A DNA stretch of 64,000 nt from an uncultured bacterium (GTDB lineage: Bacteria; Armatimonadota; Hebobacteria; Hebobacterales; Hebobacteraceae). The position numbers and the translations under genes are program-made. Below are positions 39,474 through 48,849 of this stretch, piece by piece. Below the pieces are notes generated by a model. It made no database searches. It saw only the letters and a program-made list of their open reading frames with translations, and was not told where the DNA came from. Every line of letters starts with the position of its first letter. Positions within the stretch are counted from its first letter, which is position 1. The stretch covers positions 1,178 to 65,177 of the forward strand of contig CAZLHI010000014.1 in NCBI GenBank assembly GCA_964559435.1. The letters run 5' to 3'.

Positions 39474-40667
39474 CTAGATTGCATCGGCCGCCCGCACAAT
39501 CGCCCGGAGCCGCTTCCTAAGCTGAGCGGCTGTCGTCTGTGGCCGGATATCGATGAACACGGTTCGCCTGAGGATCTGTAGGGTCCGAGGGCACATGTCC
39601 GGGTCGTACCGCGCCTTCGATAACTTGTTCTCGGGCCGCTTGAAGGCGTTGAGCGCAGGATGGTAGGAGCCGCTCTTGCCCATGATCGCTTCCCAGTTGG
39701 AGTAGACGTGTCGCCCGCTGTCGATCGGCGTCCAGGAGTGCTGTCCCTCCTGGGCGAGCCGCTCCATGAACGCGCGCGCCTGCCCCTCGTCTTTGAATCG
39801 CAGGCCCGCAATCGTGCTGCAATCGCCCTCGGGGTCGTTGTGCTTGATCGACCGGAGCCTCGGGTGTTCGGCAACGGCCCGCATGATGCGCGGCTTCTGC
39901 GCCCGCGTCCTGCGAAGGAGTCGGTTGATCTTCCGTAGCTGCACCCGCAGCATGGCCCCCTGAATCTCGCTCGCCCGATAGTTCCAGCCCGCGAACACCG
40001 GCAGGGTGAAAGGCTTTCCATGCGGCCAGAAGGCCAGCCCCCCATCGTGGTGCATCAACGCCCGCATGAATACCTCATCATCGTTCGTCACCACCGCCCC
40101 TCCCTCGCCGGCGGTGATGTTCTTGAAGTAGTTGAAGCTGTACGCGCCCACGTGCCCGATCGTCCCCAGCCACCGGCCCCGGTACTTCCCCCCAAATGCC
40201 TGAGCCGCATCCTCCAGCACCCCGATATTGCGTTTTCGGGCGATCCGCATGATCGCATTCATGTTCGCCGGCAGGCCGACCATGTGCACCGGCATGATCA
40301 CCTTCGTCCGCCGGGAGATCTTCGCCTCCACATCTTTCGGATCGAGCGTCAACGACTCGTCCACCTCCGCGATCACCGGTAGCGCCCCCAGCGTCAGTGG
40401 CGCCAGCGGACTCGCGATGAAGGTATAGGCCGGCACAATGACTTCATCCCCCGGCCCGATCCCCATTCCCGCCAGCGCGCATACCAGCGCCGCGGTTCCG
40501 CTCGTCACGAGTAGCGAATGCTCGACCCCGAGCTTCCTGGCGAGCTCTCGCTCGAACTTCGCGCACTCGTTTGGGTGCCCGGCCTTTGGGTCGCCGTAGC
40601 GAAACAGCTCACCGCTCTCGATCACCCGTGCCGCAGCCTTGGCCTCATCGCGTCCAATCTCAAGCAT
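39474..40667 (-). CDS. DegT/DnrJ/EryC1/StrS family PLP-dependent sugar aminotransferase
   Basis: MLEIGRDEAKAAARVIESGELFRYGDPKAGHPNECAKFERELARKLGVEHSLLVTSGTAAL… is typical of this family. Confidence 0.85.
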   Translation of the reverse strand: MLEIGRDEAKAAARVIESGELFRYGDPKAGHPNECAKFERELARKLGVEHSLLVTSGTAALVCALAGMGIGPGDEVIVPAYTFIASPLAPLTLGALPVIAEVDESLTLDPKDVEAKISRRTKVIMPVHMVGLPANMNAIMRIARKRNIGVLEDAAQAFGGKYRGRWLGTIGHVGAYSFNYFKNITAGEGGAVVTNDDEVFMRALMHHDGGLAFWPHGKPFTLPVFAGWNYRASEIQGAMLRVQLRKINRLLRRTRAQKPRIMRAVAEHPRLRSIKHNDPEGDCSTIAGLRFKDEGQARAFMERLAQEGQHSWTPIDSGRHVYSNWEAIMGKSGSYHPALNAFKRPENKLSKARYDPDMCPRTLQILRRTVFIDIRPQTTAAQLRKRLRAIVRAADAI

Positions 40668-40874
40668 CCCGAGAACACCTCCGAGAGGTTTCTGGCCAGT
40701 TCAGCGCCGATGTCAGGCATCCTGCAGTCGCCAGTTCATGTGAGGAGCGCGGGAGCGGGTGCGCCATTGAGCTTCGTGCTCCTCACGACCTCCGTCGAGT
40801 CGGGCGGCCGGCAGGAACGGCTAACTGCCCAACGAACAACACGACAGCCGAGCCAGCAATTGATCGGAGCTTCG

Positions 40875-41714
40875 ATGCAGCTACTGCAGGCGGCCGTGCT
40901 CGGGGTGCTCCAAGGGCTGACAGAGTTTCTGCCGGTCAGCAGCTCTGGGCATCTGATACTCGCACGCCAGTTCTTCGGCTGGGAACTGCTGGCCGACGCC
41001 CACTGGAACACCATCTTCGACCTGTCGGTCCACGCCGGCACCTTCGCCGGCCTCCTCCTCTACTTCTGGTCCGACGTCGTCCGCTTGGTGGGCGCTTTCT
41101 TCGCCACGTTCCGGCACGGGATCGCCGGTGTCCCAGAGCGGCGCCTTGCGTGGATCATCGCCCTGGCCACCATCCCGGCCGCCCTCGCTGGTATCCTCGG
41201 CGAGGAGGTCATCGAAGCCCATCTCCGCGACGTGCCGATGGTCATCGCCGCTCTTCTCATCGTCTTCGGGCTCATCCTTTGGGTCGCTGAATGGCGCGGC
41301 CGCAAGACCCGAGACCTCAAGGAAACAGGGTGGACCGACGGAATCCTCATCGGTCTCGCCCAGGCGCTCGCCCTCGCCCCTGGGGTCTCCCGCTGCGGCA
41401 TCACCATCACGGCTGGCCTCGGCTTCGGTATGACCCGCGAGACAGCCGCCCGCTACTCCTTCCTTCTCTCCATCCCGATCATCGGCGGCGCCGCCCTCTA
41501 CGGCCTGCACAGCGTCATCGGCGATCTCGCCGCCCTCCCCTCGGGCTCCCTCGCCACGTTCGGTGTCGGCTTTGTCTCCGCTGCTCTATCAGGCTACCTT
41601 TGCATCCGCTACTTCCTTCGCTATCTTCAGAGGCACGCCCTTGCGCCGTTGGTCGTCTACCGCGTCGCGCTGGGTGCGTTCGTGTTGGTCTGGTTTGGGT
41701 TCCTGAGAGGGTAG
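40875..41714 (+). CDS. uppP: undecaprenyl-diphosphate phosphatase
   Basis: ATG 40875 (aa 120 of ORF 40518). MQLLQAAVLGVLQGLTEFLPVSSSGHLIL… and the later GISRSGITITAGL-type motif match UppP/BacA. Confidence 0.9.
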   Translation: MQLLQAAVLGVLQGLTEFLPVSSSGHLILARQFFGWELLADAHWNTIFDLSVHAGTFAGLLLYFWSDVVRLVGAFFATFRHGIAGVPERRLAWIIALATIPAALAGILGEEVIEAHLRDVPMVIAALLIVFGLILWVAEWRGRKTRDLKETGWTDGILIGLAQALALAPGVSRCGITITAGLGFGMTRETAARYSFLLSIPIIGGAALYGLHSVIGDLAALPSGSLATFGVGFVSAALSGYLCIRYFLRYLQRHALAPLVVYRVALGAFVLVWFGFLRG

Positions 41715-41781
41715 GGGGGACGGGCTGCTGGCCCCGGTCTCTCGCGCGCAGCGGCCGGTCCGTCAGCGCTGGAGCAGGCGC

Positions 41782-42546
41782 CTATGCGAGAGTGCCCTCG
41801 CACGCGGTGCCACTGTCCGGCATCCGAACGAATTCGATCTCCCCCCAGGCGCCTATGTGTTCCCCCACCACAGCCACTCCACCCAGCACCCCGTCTATTC
41901 CCTTGAGCCATGCCAGACCGGCGTCGATGTCATCGGCAGTCTGGATCCTATTACCAAGTGCGGTTGCCACGGCATCAGCCAACGCCGCGGAGGTGGCCAG
42001 CACAACCGCCGCGTCCGCCTTCCCAAAGCTCAGCGAGTGCCCCACCGTGCCGGACGATGTGCAGAGCCCGACCGGCCGGCCGACCCGCGAAATCCGCACT
42101 GCCAGCTTGCCCGATAGGGCAGAGGCCCCCGCGTAGATCGCCGCCGCCCGCGGCCGCTCCGTGCGCAGGAAGATGTCGCCCCCGTTCTCCACGATAACCT
42201 GCTTGCTCTGTGCCAATAAGGACTCGCCCACCGCCTCCGCAATCGCCCCGGCCACTGCCGCCATTGGCCCCACGCCGCAGGCCCGTGCGGCCATGGACAT
42301 CCGCGCCACTATGTCAGGCGCGGCAGCCAACGCCTCTCGCGGCTTCGTTGTCGTGGCAAAACCGGGGTCGCGCTTCACATAGGCTTCGAGAGCGGCCCGG
42401 GCCGCACACAGCGCCCGCTGCGCTGGTTCCACAAGCGGGCAGTCTGCGCTGATGAAAAGGTCCGACTCTCCGCTGCGCACTTCGAAGGTGCATAGGTCAC
42501 TTCTTATCCAGCGGCGGTAAGTTCTCTCCTCCTCTGGCATCGCCAA
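41782..42546 (-). CDS. COG2122 / UPF0280 ApbE-like protein (third gene of the homocysteine-biosynthesis-type cluster)
   Basis: About 250 aa with the Gly/Ala-rich ApbE-like core (…ARACGVGPMAAVAGAIAEAVG…LCTSSGTVGHSLSFGKADAAVVLA…). 4 nt after the NIL-ferredoxin gene. Confidence 0.65.
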   Translation of the reverse strand: MAMPEEERTYRRWIRSDLCTFEVRSGESDLFISADCPLVEPAQRALCAARAALEAYVKRDPGFATTTKPREALAAAPDIVARMSMAARACGVGPMAAVAGAIAEAVGESLLAQSKQVIVENGGDIFLRTERPRAAAIYAGASALSGKLAVRISRVGRPVGLCTSSGTVGHSLSFGKADAAVVLATSAALADAVATALGNRIQTADDIDAGLAWLKGIDGVLGGVAVVGEHIGAWGEIEFVRMPDSGTACEGTLA

Positions 42547-42549
42547 TCA

Positions 42550-42960
42550 CTAGAACTGCAGCTCCATGGCCGCGACCGGACAGGACGGAACGCACTCGCC
42601 GCAGACAACACACTCGTCTGGATCGAATACCACTCTCATGGAAGGGCGTTCGAGCACGAGCGCCTGGGTCGGGCACACACCGACACAGGCGCCGCAGTCG
42701 GTGCAGCGGTCGTCGTTCTTGCGGATGTCCTGAAGCAAGGGCTGAATGCGAATTCCCATGTTCTCCAGGTAGTCGGTGGCGCGGCGGTAGTCGGCCTCTT
42801 CGCCGCTCAGCTCGAGAACCATCAGCCCCTCTTCTTGAGGCGTGATCGATGCCCGCAGTATGTTGAACACAAGGCCGTACTCGCGAGACAGCCGGTAAAC
42901 AACTGGCTGCCCGGTGGCAGTCGGCGGGAAATGAAGCACTACCTTGTGGGAAACCTCCAT
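42550..42960 (-). CDS. NIL domain-4Fe-4S ferredoxin fusion protein (MA1822-like)
   Basis: NIL domain (VVYRLSREYGLVFNILRASI…GLMVLELSG) fused to a 2x[4Fe-4S] ferredoxin (CTDCGACVGVCP, CVVCGECVPSCP). Confidence 0.85.
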   Translation of the reverse strand: MEVSHKVVLHFPPTATGQPVVYRLSREYGLVFNILRASITPQEEGLMVLELSGEEADYRRATDYLENMGIRIQPLLQDIRKNDDRCTDCGACVGVCPTQALVLERPSMRVVFDPDECVVCGECVPSCPVAAMELQF

Positions 42961-42987
42961 GGTCGCTGCCTCTCTCTCGTTACTGAC

Positions 42988-44211
42988 TTATGGCACTTGC
43001 CTCGCCAGGTCCGGAGGATGATTCGCCATCGGCCCCATCGCCTGTCCGGAGTCACTGCCCGGCAGCGGCGCGACGGGTGCCGTCAGTTGGAACTCGGCGC
43101 TGCTGATCCAGTCCTTCAGTGTGTCCGCGATTTCTTTTGCGCGCGGGTAGCTCGACAGTGGAATCGCTGGGACTGACTTTCCGTTTATCTCGATTGTGCC
43201 GGACTTCAGCTCTGCATACGTTACGTGCGTTATGACGTTCGGCTTCCGCTCGGGGTAGGCCGAAGAGTAGTCCACAACAGGAGCCGAGATGTCCGCGTCC
43301 GACATCCCGGTCTGCGCCGCTGTTTCCTCATCCAGCACAGGGATTGGAATGCCCAGGCCCACGATCAGCGTCACTCCATACCCCCGAAAGCTGGCTCCCC
43401 TGAGCCAGCTCCCAGACATCTGCTTCAGGTCACCAAGGACCGCGAGCGTCCCTGCTCCGGCGATGGGTATGCCCTTGTCGTTGCGCTCAACAGCAGGGCT
43501 GTGCTGGGTGCCGTTCCATACCACGTAGCCGACGCCGCCGCCCAGGAAGATGCGCGTCCCGATCCCGATCGCCCGGTAGTGAGGATCGTTCATCAGGGGT
43601 GAGAGCTGTCCTGCGCTGCAGTAGTTGGCCGAGCCCAGCCTCGGCTGCAGTGTGCCCATGTAGGTGTAGATGGTCCTGTCGGATAGGTTCACCGCAACGT
43701 TGTAGTTCTGGTAGGCGTTTCGCGGGTTGAAGAGATAGGCCTCGTTCAGCTCCTGAAGGGTCAGCCAAGTCGCGACCTCGCGGCGCGGATAGCAGTCCGT
43801 TCCGTAAGCTGTCGCCTCCAGCAACACTCGCCGACCGGCCACCAGATCCTCAATGACGTGTCCGCCTCCGTAGCGGAACTCACCGGGGAAGACCGCATTG
43901 CGCGGGTCCTCGTCCGGCAGGGCGGTCGCGCCCACGTAGAGGTCAATCGCCGCCAGACCCGCGTAAGCGGGGACCCGGTTGAGCCGCGCCTGTCCGCCGC
44001 CGAACTTGATGCGCGGTCGAGAGTGGCCGAGGTTCATCATCATGCCGGAGGAGCACATCGGACCGAAGGTCCCCGTAGTCACGACGTCGACGGATTCGGC
44101 CGCACCCTTCGCTCCCTTCTCGGCCACGACCTCAATCATCTCCTCCGCCGTCACCACGACGACTCTCCCTCCGCGGATCTTCTCGTTGATCTCCTCCAGC
44201 GTTTTCGGCAT
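42988..44211 (-). CDS. COG1900/DUF39 homocysteine biosynthesis protein (MA1821-like sulfur-incorporating enzyme)
   Basis: The second ATG (aa 9, preceded by AGGAGGGAGAAG) gives MPKTLEEINEKIRGGRVVVVTAEEM…TGTFGPMCSSGMMMNLG…, matching the COG1900 family. Followed by NIL-Fd and COG2122 on the same strand. Confidence 0.85.
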   Translation of the reverse strand: MPKTLEEINEKIRGGRVVVVTAEEMIEVVAEKGAKGAAESVDVVTTGTFGPMCSSGMMMNLGHSRPRIKFGGGQARLNRVPAYAGLAAIDLYVGATALPDEDPRNAVFPGEFRYGGGHVIEDLVAGRRVLLEATAYGTDCYPRREVATWLTLQELNEAYLFNPRNAYQNYNVAVNLSDRTIYTYMGTLQPRLGSANYCSAGQLSPLMNDPHYRAIGIGTRIFLGGGVGYVVWNGTQHSPAVERNDKGIPIAGAGTLAVLGDLKQMSGSWLRGASFRGYGVTLIVGLGIPIPVLDEETAAQTGMSDADISAPVVDYSSAYPERKPNVITHVTYAELKSGTIEINGKSVPAIPLSSYPRAKEIADTLKDWISSAEFQLTAPVAPLPGSDSGQAMGPMANHPPDLARQVP

Positions 44212-44255
44212 CTTCTCCCTCCTGTTCGCCGCCATCGGCCCAAAACAGGCATATC

Positions 44256-44289
44256 GAAGAAGTTAGTGCCTTTTCGCACTAACTTCTTC
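44256..44289 (-). promoter_or_regulatory. perfect 14-bp stem hairpin in the 5' leader of the COG1900 operon
   Basis: GAAGAAGTTAGTGC-cttttc-GCACTAACTTCTTC with no mismatches, about 45 nt upstream of the operon start codon on the transcribed strand. Coordinates are anchored on an overlapping six-frame ORF. Confidence 0.6.
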
Positions 44290-44638
44290 CCCGCCATCGT
44301 ATCACACCCGGACTCATCACGCAAGCTGTGCAACCGGCGACTCGCCCCCGTGTCTTCAGCCTTTGCGGCACGGTCCGCCACAGCGGGCCGCCCGCTGACT
44401 CTGTGACGTAGGATAACAAGTTCGCCTGGGGCTGCTGCGAAGTAGAACGCGGAAAGGGCTTGAGCTAACCGCTCTCAGGCGGTCCGGCGATCACTCGCAG
44501 TATACTCTCATCGGGGCGCGCTGTGAAGGGGATGGGCATCGGTGCGCCTGACTGCTGGCGCAGTGGCTTGCGGTATCTCGACTGTGGAATAAACTAAGTG
44601 GTGGGGCAACCTAGCATCTCACATGGAGGCTTCTTGCC

Positions 44639-44983
44639 TTGGTCTGTCCGGTCTGCGAAAGCGAGCAGACTCATGCCGGGGACTGGTGCACCGGTTGTGG
44701 CGCCTACCTCGGGTTGCTGAGGCGACGCCCTCAGCGCATCGCCTACTCAGTCTGCGCGTCCATCGTGCTCGGCTTGGCGCTCTTCGTCGCGCTGGCATGG
44801 CAGGTATTTGCGCCCACGCTGAAGGGATGGCCTCCGTCTGCGCCTGGCCCATGGTTCTGGTGGGGCTTCTTGCTGGGAACATTCTTTCTGGCGCTCGGGC
44901 TGACCGCCCGGCAGCACTTGCTTGGTGCCGTGCAGCGCATGCTGCGCGCCTCCAGCCGCAAGCCGACGTCACAGGTCAGCTAG
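44639..44983 (+). CDS. hypothetical zinc-ribbon membrane protein
   Basis: TTG start 9 nt after GGAGG. N-terminal CPVCESE…CTGCGAY ribbon, then two TM helices. Confidence 0.45.
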   Translation: MVCPVCESEQTHAGDWCTGCGAYLGLLRRRPQRIAYSVCASIVLGLALFVALAWQVFAPTLKGWPPSAPGPWFWWGFLLGTFFLALGLTARQHLLGAVQRMLRASSRKPTSQVS

Positions 44984-45021
44984 CCGCCCCGTCTCTCCGT
45001 CCCGCCCAACTGTGCGCCCTG

Positions 45022-45693
45022 CTACCGCGCCAGCGGCGCGTCCTCTGCGGACTTCTGTCTCGCCATCCTCGCCTGCTGGTTGAGGGCCCTGACCATCCAT
45101 TTGGGACCGCCGTGGTGCGCGAATTCGACGGCTGCTTCATCGAAGAGCTTGAGCGCCGCCTCGAACTCCCCGAGCCGTCGTCGAAGCTCGCCCACGAGAT
45201 ACGTCATGACGGCCCGCTCCTTGTCCTCCAGCTCTCCGACAAGCAACGCCTGCTCCAGATACTGGGCCGCCTTCTGTTGATAATCTCCGACGACGTCCGG
45301 CGCGTCCCCCAACTGAGCCAGCCAGGAGGCGGCCAGGTAGTACTCCGCCAACTGCAGCGGGCTCGGCTGGACTCGACGTGCGTGGCACAGCGCGGCCATT
45401 TCATACCGAGCGTACTCGGCGTCGGGCATCTCATCGGCCACACGCGTGAGCCCTCCTGCCAGGACCCAGTTGCGCACCTGTTCGTCCGCCTGGGAGGGAT
45501 GGAACCCCCGGCCGTCAGCCGTGAAGCCGCAAGTAGGGCACGTGTGCAGCAACATCGGAAGCGGGTTGAACCCCACGGGCTTCGGACAGAGGTCCGAGCC
45601 TCGGCCCGTGACAGCGTACGCCCGCGGCTCCTGCCGGGAGAACCTCTCCCCACAGACCCAGCAATCGAGCTCTATCTCGCGGGTGGCCGACAT
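45022..45693 (-). CDS. DUF2225 domain protein (zinc ribbon plus helical repeat)
   Basis: ATG at aa 10 of the track ORF follows GGAAGGCGGA. CWVCGERF…CPTCGF zinc-ribbon pairs, then TPR-like helices. Confidence 0.65.
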   Translation of the reverse strand: MSATREIELDCWVCGERFSRQEPRAYAVTGRGSDLCPKPVGFNPLPMLLHTCPTCGFTADGRGFHPSQADEQVRNWVLAGGLTRVADEMPDAEYARYEMAALCHARRVQPSPLQLAEYYLAASWLAQLGDAPDVVGDYQQKAAQYLEQALLVGELEDKERAVMTYLVGELRRRLGEFEAALKLFDEAAVEFAHHGGPKWMVRALNQQARMARQKSAEDAPLAR

Positions 45694-45908
45694 TCCGCCT
45701 TCCACACGTTCCCGTGTCACTTCCCCTTGCGTAACTACTCTCTCTCCTCTATCCTTCCTGTCGCGGGCGCGCCCTCGACCGGCCAGAGCTGGGGAGTGTA
45801 TTGGTCGGGGTCCGCGTGGTCAGCGCAATGTCCCGAAAACGCGCTTCGCGCACCCGCCTGGGGGCGGGTGCGCGAGCGCCTCAATGACGCGGCGATGTCA
45901 TGAGAGCA

Positions 45909-47096
45909 TCAGGGCTTCCAGCTCAGCGAGTACTGGGCCACCTGATCATCCGTGATCTGCCTCTCCTCTCCCTCGCTCAGGTCGTACATCCAGACCTCGA
46001 CCTGCGCCCGGTAGTCCCTGCCCTTGACCCGTCGCGGGTCGAACGGCATCGCTGCCAGGAACGCGATCTTGTCGCCGCTCGGCGACCACACCGGGTCCAC
46101 GGGCCCCGCCCAGTGCCTGCAATCGTGCAGCCGGTGCTCCCGGTGCTCGTCGTCCGGGAAGAGGGCCTCGATCTCATGGTCAGGCAGGAACTGCTCGATC
46201 AGCACCTGTGGATTGCTTCCATCGATGTTTGTCAAGACGAGTCGCCGCCAGACCCCCGGCACCCCGCCAAGCTGCCCATATCCCCAGCCGCTGGATGCGA
46301 TCTGCGATCCGTCAGGCGACCAGGCCGCATCGGGCCCTACGTTATGCACGCGGGCCATCTCTGAGCCATCCAGTGAGATGATGAAAGCGCCTGTTGCGTC
46401 CATCATCACGAGCAGCCGCGTTCCGTCCGGTGACCAGTCCTCTTGCCACGTCGGCGGATAGCCCTCCGGAACGACGGGTCTGGCATCCGTCCCATCCGCG
46501 TTCATGACCCACACCCTGAACCCGGCCTCGCAGGGCAGCTCGCCTTCCGCCGGCTCCGCGTGCTGGAATGCAATCATGCTTCCGTCCGGCGACCATGCGG
46601 GGGCACAGTTCACGCCGCCCAGCCCCGCCGTCAGAGCAACTTGGTTCCTCCCTTCCAGGTCCGATCGCCAGACATCTGCCTCGCTTGGTGGCCACGCGGC
46701 GATGTGGAAGACCACCTCATCGCTGACCGGCGACACGTCGAAGTGATCCGCATAGGCGTGGAATATCCCCGACGATACCACCAGCTCAAACTCGTCGCGG
46801 AAGAAGCTCGAGAAGATGAACCGGTCGGATTGCGGCTCCGGCGGTGTGAACGCGTCGCTGCTGCGTACATGGAGCGTCCCCTCGACTGGCCCCAACCACA
46901 GGTTGAGCCCCGCCGTCACTCCGGCAGCACATATGAGCAGTAGCACACCCGCGAGCAGCGGCATCCACACCCATGAGTGCCGGCGCGGCCGCAGCTCTCT
47001 GACCCCGGCCAGCGCCCGCTCTCGCACCTCAGGCCGCGGCTCTCCCGAGGCTTCGCACACTGCCCTCTTGATTTCCGCTTCTATCCTGTCACTCAT
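45909..47096 (-). CDS. anti-sigma factor with periplasmic PD40/TolB-like beta-propeller
   Basis: Overlaps the upstream sigma-factor gene by 8 nt. Short cytoplasmic N-terminus, one TM (WVWMPLLAGVLLLICAAGVTA), then repeated WSPDGS/WSPDGT/WSPSGD PD40 motifs. Confidence 0.7.
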   Translation of the reverse strand: MSDRIEAEIKRAVCEASGEPRPEVRERALAGVRELRPRRHSWVWMPLLAGVLLLICAAGVTAGLNLWLGPVEGTLHVRSSDAFTPPEPQSDRFIFSSFFRDEFELVVSSGIFHAYADHFDVSPVSDEVVFHIAAWPPSEADVWRSDLEGRNQVALTAGLGGVNCAPAWSPDGSMIAFQHAEPAEGELPCEAGFRVWVMNADGTDARPVVPEGYPPTWQEDWSPDGTRLLVMMDATGAFIISLDGSEMARVHNVGPDAAWSPDGSQIASSGWGYGQLGGVPGVWRRLVLTNIDGSNPQVLIEQFLPDHEIEALFPDDEHREHRLHDCRHWAGPVDPVWSPSGDKIAFLAAMPFDPRRVKGRDYRAQVEVWMYDLSEGEERQITDDQVAQYSLSWKP

Positions 47097-47724
47097 CGCC
47101 CGCCAACCTTTCTCGGGCCTTCGTCTTCGCCCGGTGCAGAATCGAGTGGACGGCTCGCTCCGAGCGGCGAATGACCTGCCCCACCTCCCGCGCCGACAGC
47201 TCCTCCACGCACGAGAGCACCAATACCTCGAACTCCGTCGCCGTCAGCACGCGCCTCAGCGTCTCGACCTGCCGGGTCGCCGCCAGCCGAGAGGTCACTC
47301 CTTCCGCCACATCCACCCCGTCGCTCACCTCGCCGACCTCTTCGGCGGATACCTGTGCCTGGGCCGGGACAGACTTCCGACGCTTCCGCCTGCGAAGCTC
47401 CAGCAGCACCCGCCGCCGCGCAATCCCATACACCCAGGCTGTCAGCGACGATCTGCGGGGGTTGAATCGCCTGACATCCTGCACCGCCCCCACGATCGTC
47501 TCCACCACCACGTCCTCGGCCGCGCCCACATCCCCGCCGAGCCGCGTCACGGCGAAGCGGTGCACTCCCGGCGCAAACCGCTCGTACAGGGCGGCGCACG
47601 CCTCCGCCGTCCGCTGCCGGAGCCCGCCTAGAAGTGCCGCGTCCGTGTCACTCGGTCTTGAGGCCCCGGCCTGCGCCGTCTCAACCTCGCTCATAGCAGT
47701 CCCTTGGCGGCGAGTCCGAGTCAA
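47089..47724 (-). CDS. ECF-type RNA polymerase sigma factor (sigma-70 family)
   Basis: Regions 2 and 4 are present (…LYERFAPGVHRFAVTRLGG…, …LTATEFEVLVLSCVEELSAREVGQVIRRSERAVHSILHRAKTKAR). The start is TTG 47724 or ATG 47694, both with an RBS. Confidence 0.85.
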   Translation of the reverse strand: MTRTRRQGTAMSEVETAQAGASRPSDTDAALLGGLRQRTAEACAALYERFAPGVHRFAVTRLGGDVGAAEDVVVETIVGAVQDVRRFNPRRSSLTAWVYGIARRRVLLELRRRKRRKSVPAQAQVSAEEVGEVSDGVDVAEGVTSRLAATRQVETLRRVLTATEFEVLVLSCVEELSAREVGQVIRRSERAVHSILHRAKTKARERLAGDE

Positions 47725-47814
47725 GCCGTCCCACCTAATACTGTTGCGATCCCGCGCGGATTGTCGCGCGGGATCGCCTGTTTCGCCTATGGGAGCCAGA
47801 TTCGGCTGGCGGCC

Positions 47815-48813
47815 TCACACCGGCCGGGGGTCTCTCTGCCCATACTTGACGAATGCCCGACAGGCCACCTCCTGCCACTCGGGCCTCACGCCGATGGAGT
47901 CCACGTCGCCGTAGTACCCCGCAATGAAGCCGCCGTCGAAGGCGCCCAGCTTCTCCACCAACTCCCGCGCGAAGGCCTCGATTCTCGCCTCGTCGCCCGT
48001 CGGCAGCACCTGCTGGATGTCAACGGGACACCAGAACGTCACCTTCCCCCCGAACGCCTCGGCCAACCGGTCCACGCCAAACAACGCCGGCTGATCGAGC
48101 TGAAGGACTGAGATGCCAATCCCGATGAGGTCATCGATGATATCCCAGATGTATCCACAGGAATGCATCCACACCGACAACCCGTTCCGCCTCGCAACCT
48201 CGCACAGCTTCATGTAGTCCGGCTTGAAGACCTCCCTCCACATGGCCGGGCTTACCAGGAGCCGGTCCTGCGTTCCCCAGTCCTCCCAGAACATCACCGC
48301 ATCGGCCCCGGCGGCAGCCCAGTTCTCGATGCAGCGGGCAAGCAGTGGAACGACTCTGTCCGCCAGCCGTCGCACTTCAGCCGGATGTGCGATGAGGTCC
48401 TCGAGGAAGACATCCATCTGGCGGAGATACCGCATGACGTCGAATGGGAAGTGTGCCAGACCTCCGATCCTGAACCGGTCAGTACTCTGTCTGAACGTCG
48501 CCTCTGCCTGTTGGTAGCGCGCGGGATCATCGACGGCGGGCATGCGGTAATCGTCGAGCTGCGCCCAATCCTTCAGCGCCCCCGCTACGACCAGGCCTTT
48601 GGAGAACTCGTCGAGCCGCGCCCAGACGTTGCCCCACTCGTCCTCCCACATCGCCCCCTGGTCCGGCTGGAACGTCCGCGAGGGCCTCGAATCGGGGCCG
48701 GGCGCGAGGTGCCCCCACACCACGTCGTTGGGGTACGGCTCCGGCAGCGCCATGGCGATCCGCTCCGGGCGGTCGAACTGAATCGTCCTCTGCACGATCT
48801 CGCGTGAAGTCAT
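47815..48813 (-). CDS. uroporphyrinogen decarboxylase (URO-D) family protein, possibly MT2-type methyltransferase
   Basis: 332 aa with a URO-D-like TIM-barrel fold signature (…FWEDWGTQDRLLVSPAMWREVFKPDYMKL…MHSCGYIWDIIDDLIGIGISVLQLDQ). Confidence 0.75.
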   Translation of the reverse strand: MTSREIVQRTIQFDRPERIAMALPEPYPNDVVWGHLAPGPDSRPSRTFQPDQGAMWEDEWGNVWARLDEFSKGLVVAGALKDWAQLDDYRMPAVDDPARYQQAEATFRQSTDRFRIGGLAHFPFDVMRYLRQMDVFLEDLIAHPAEVRRLADRVVPLLARCIENWAAAGADAVMFWEDWGTQDRLLVSPAMWREVFKPDYMKLCEVARRNGLSVWMHSCGYIWDIIDDLIGIGISVLQLDQPALFGVDRLAEAFGGKVTFWCPVDIQQVLPTGDEARIEAFARELVEKLGAFDGGFIAGYYGDVDSIGVRPEWQEVACRAFVKYGQRDPRPV

Positions 48814-48849
48814 GTCGCTGTCCTCAATCCCCGCGTGGGTGCTCCTGTC

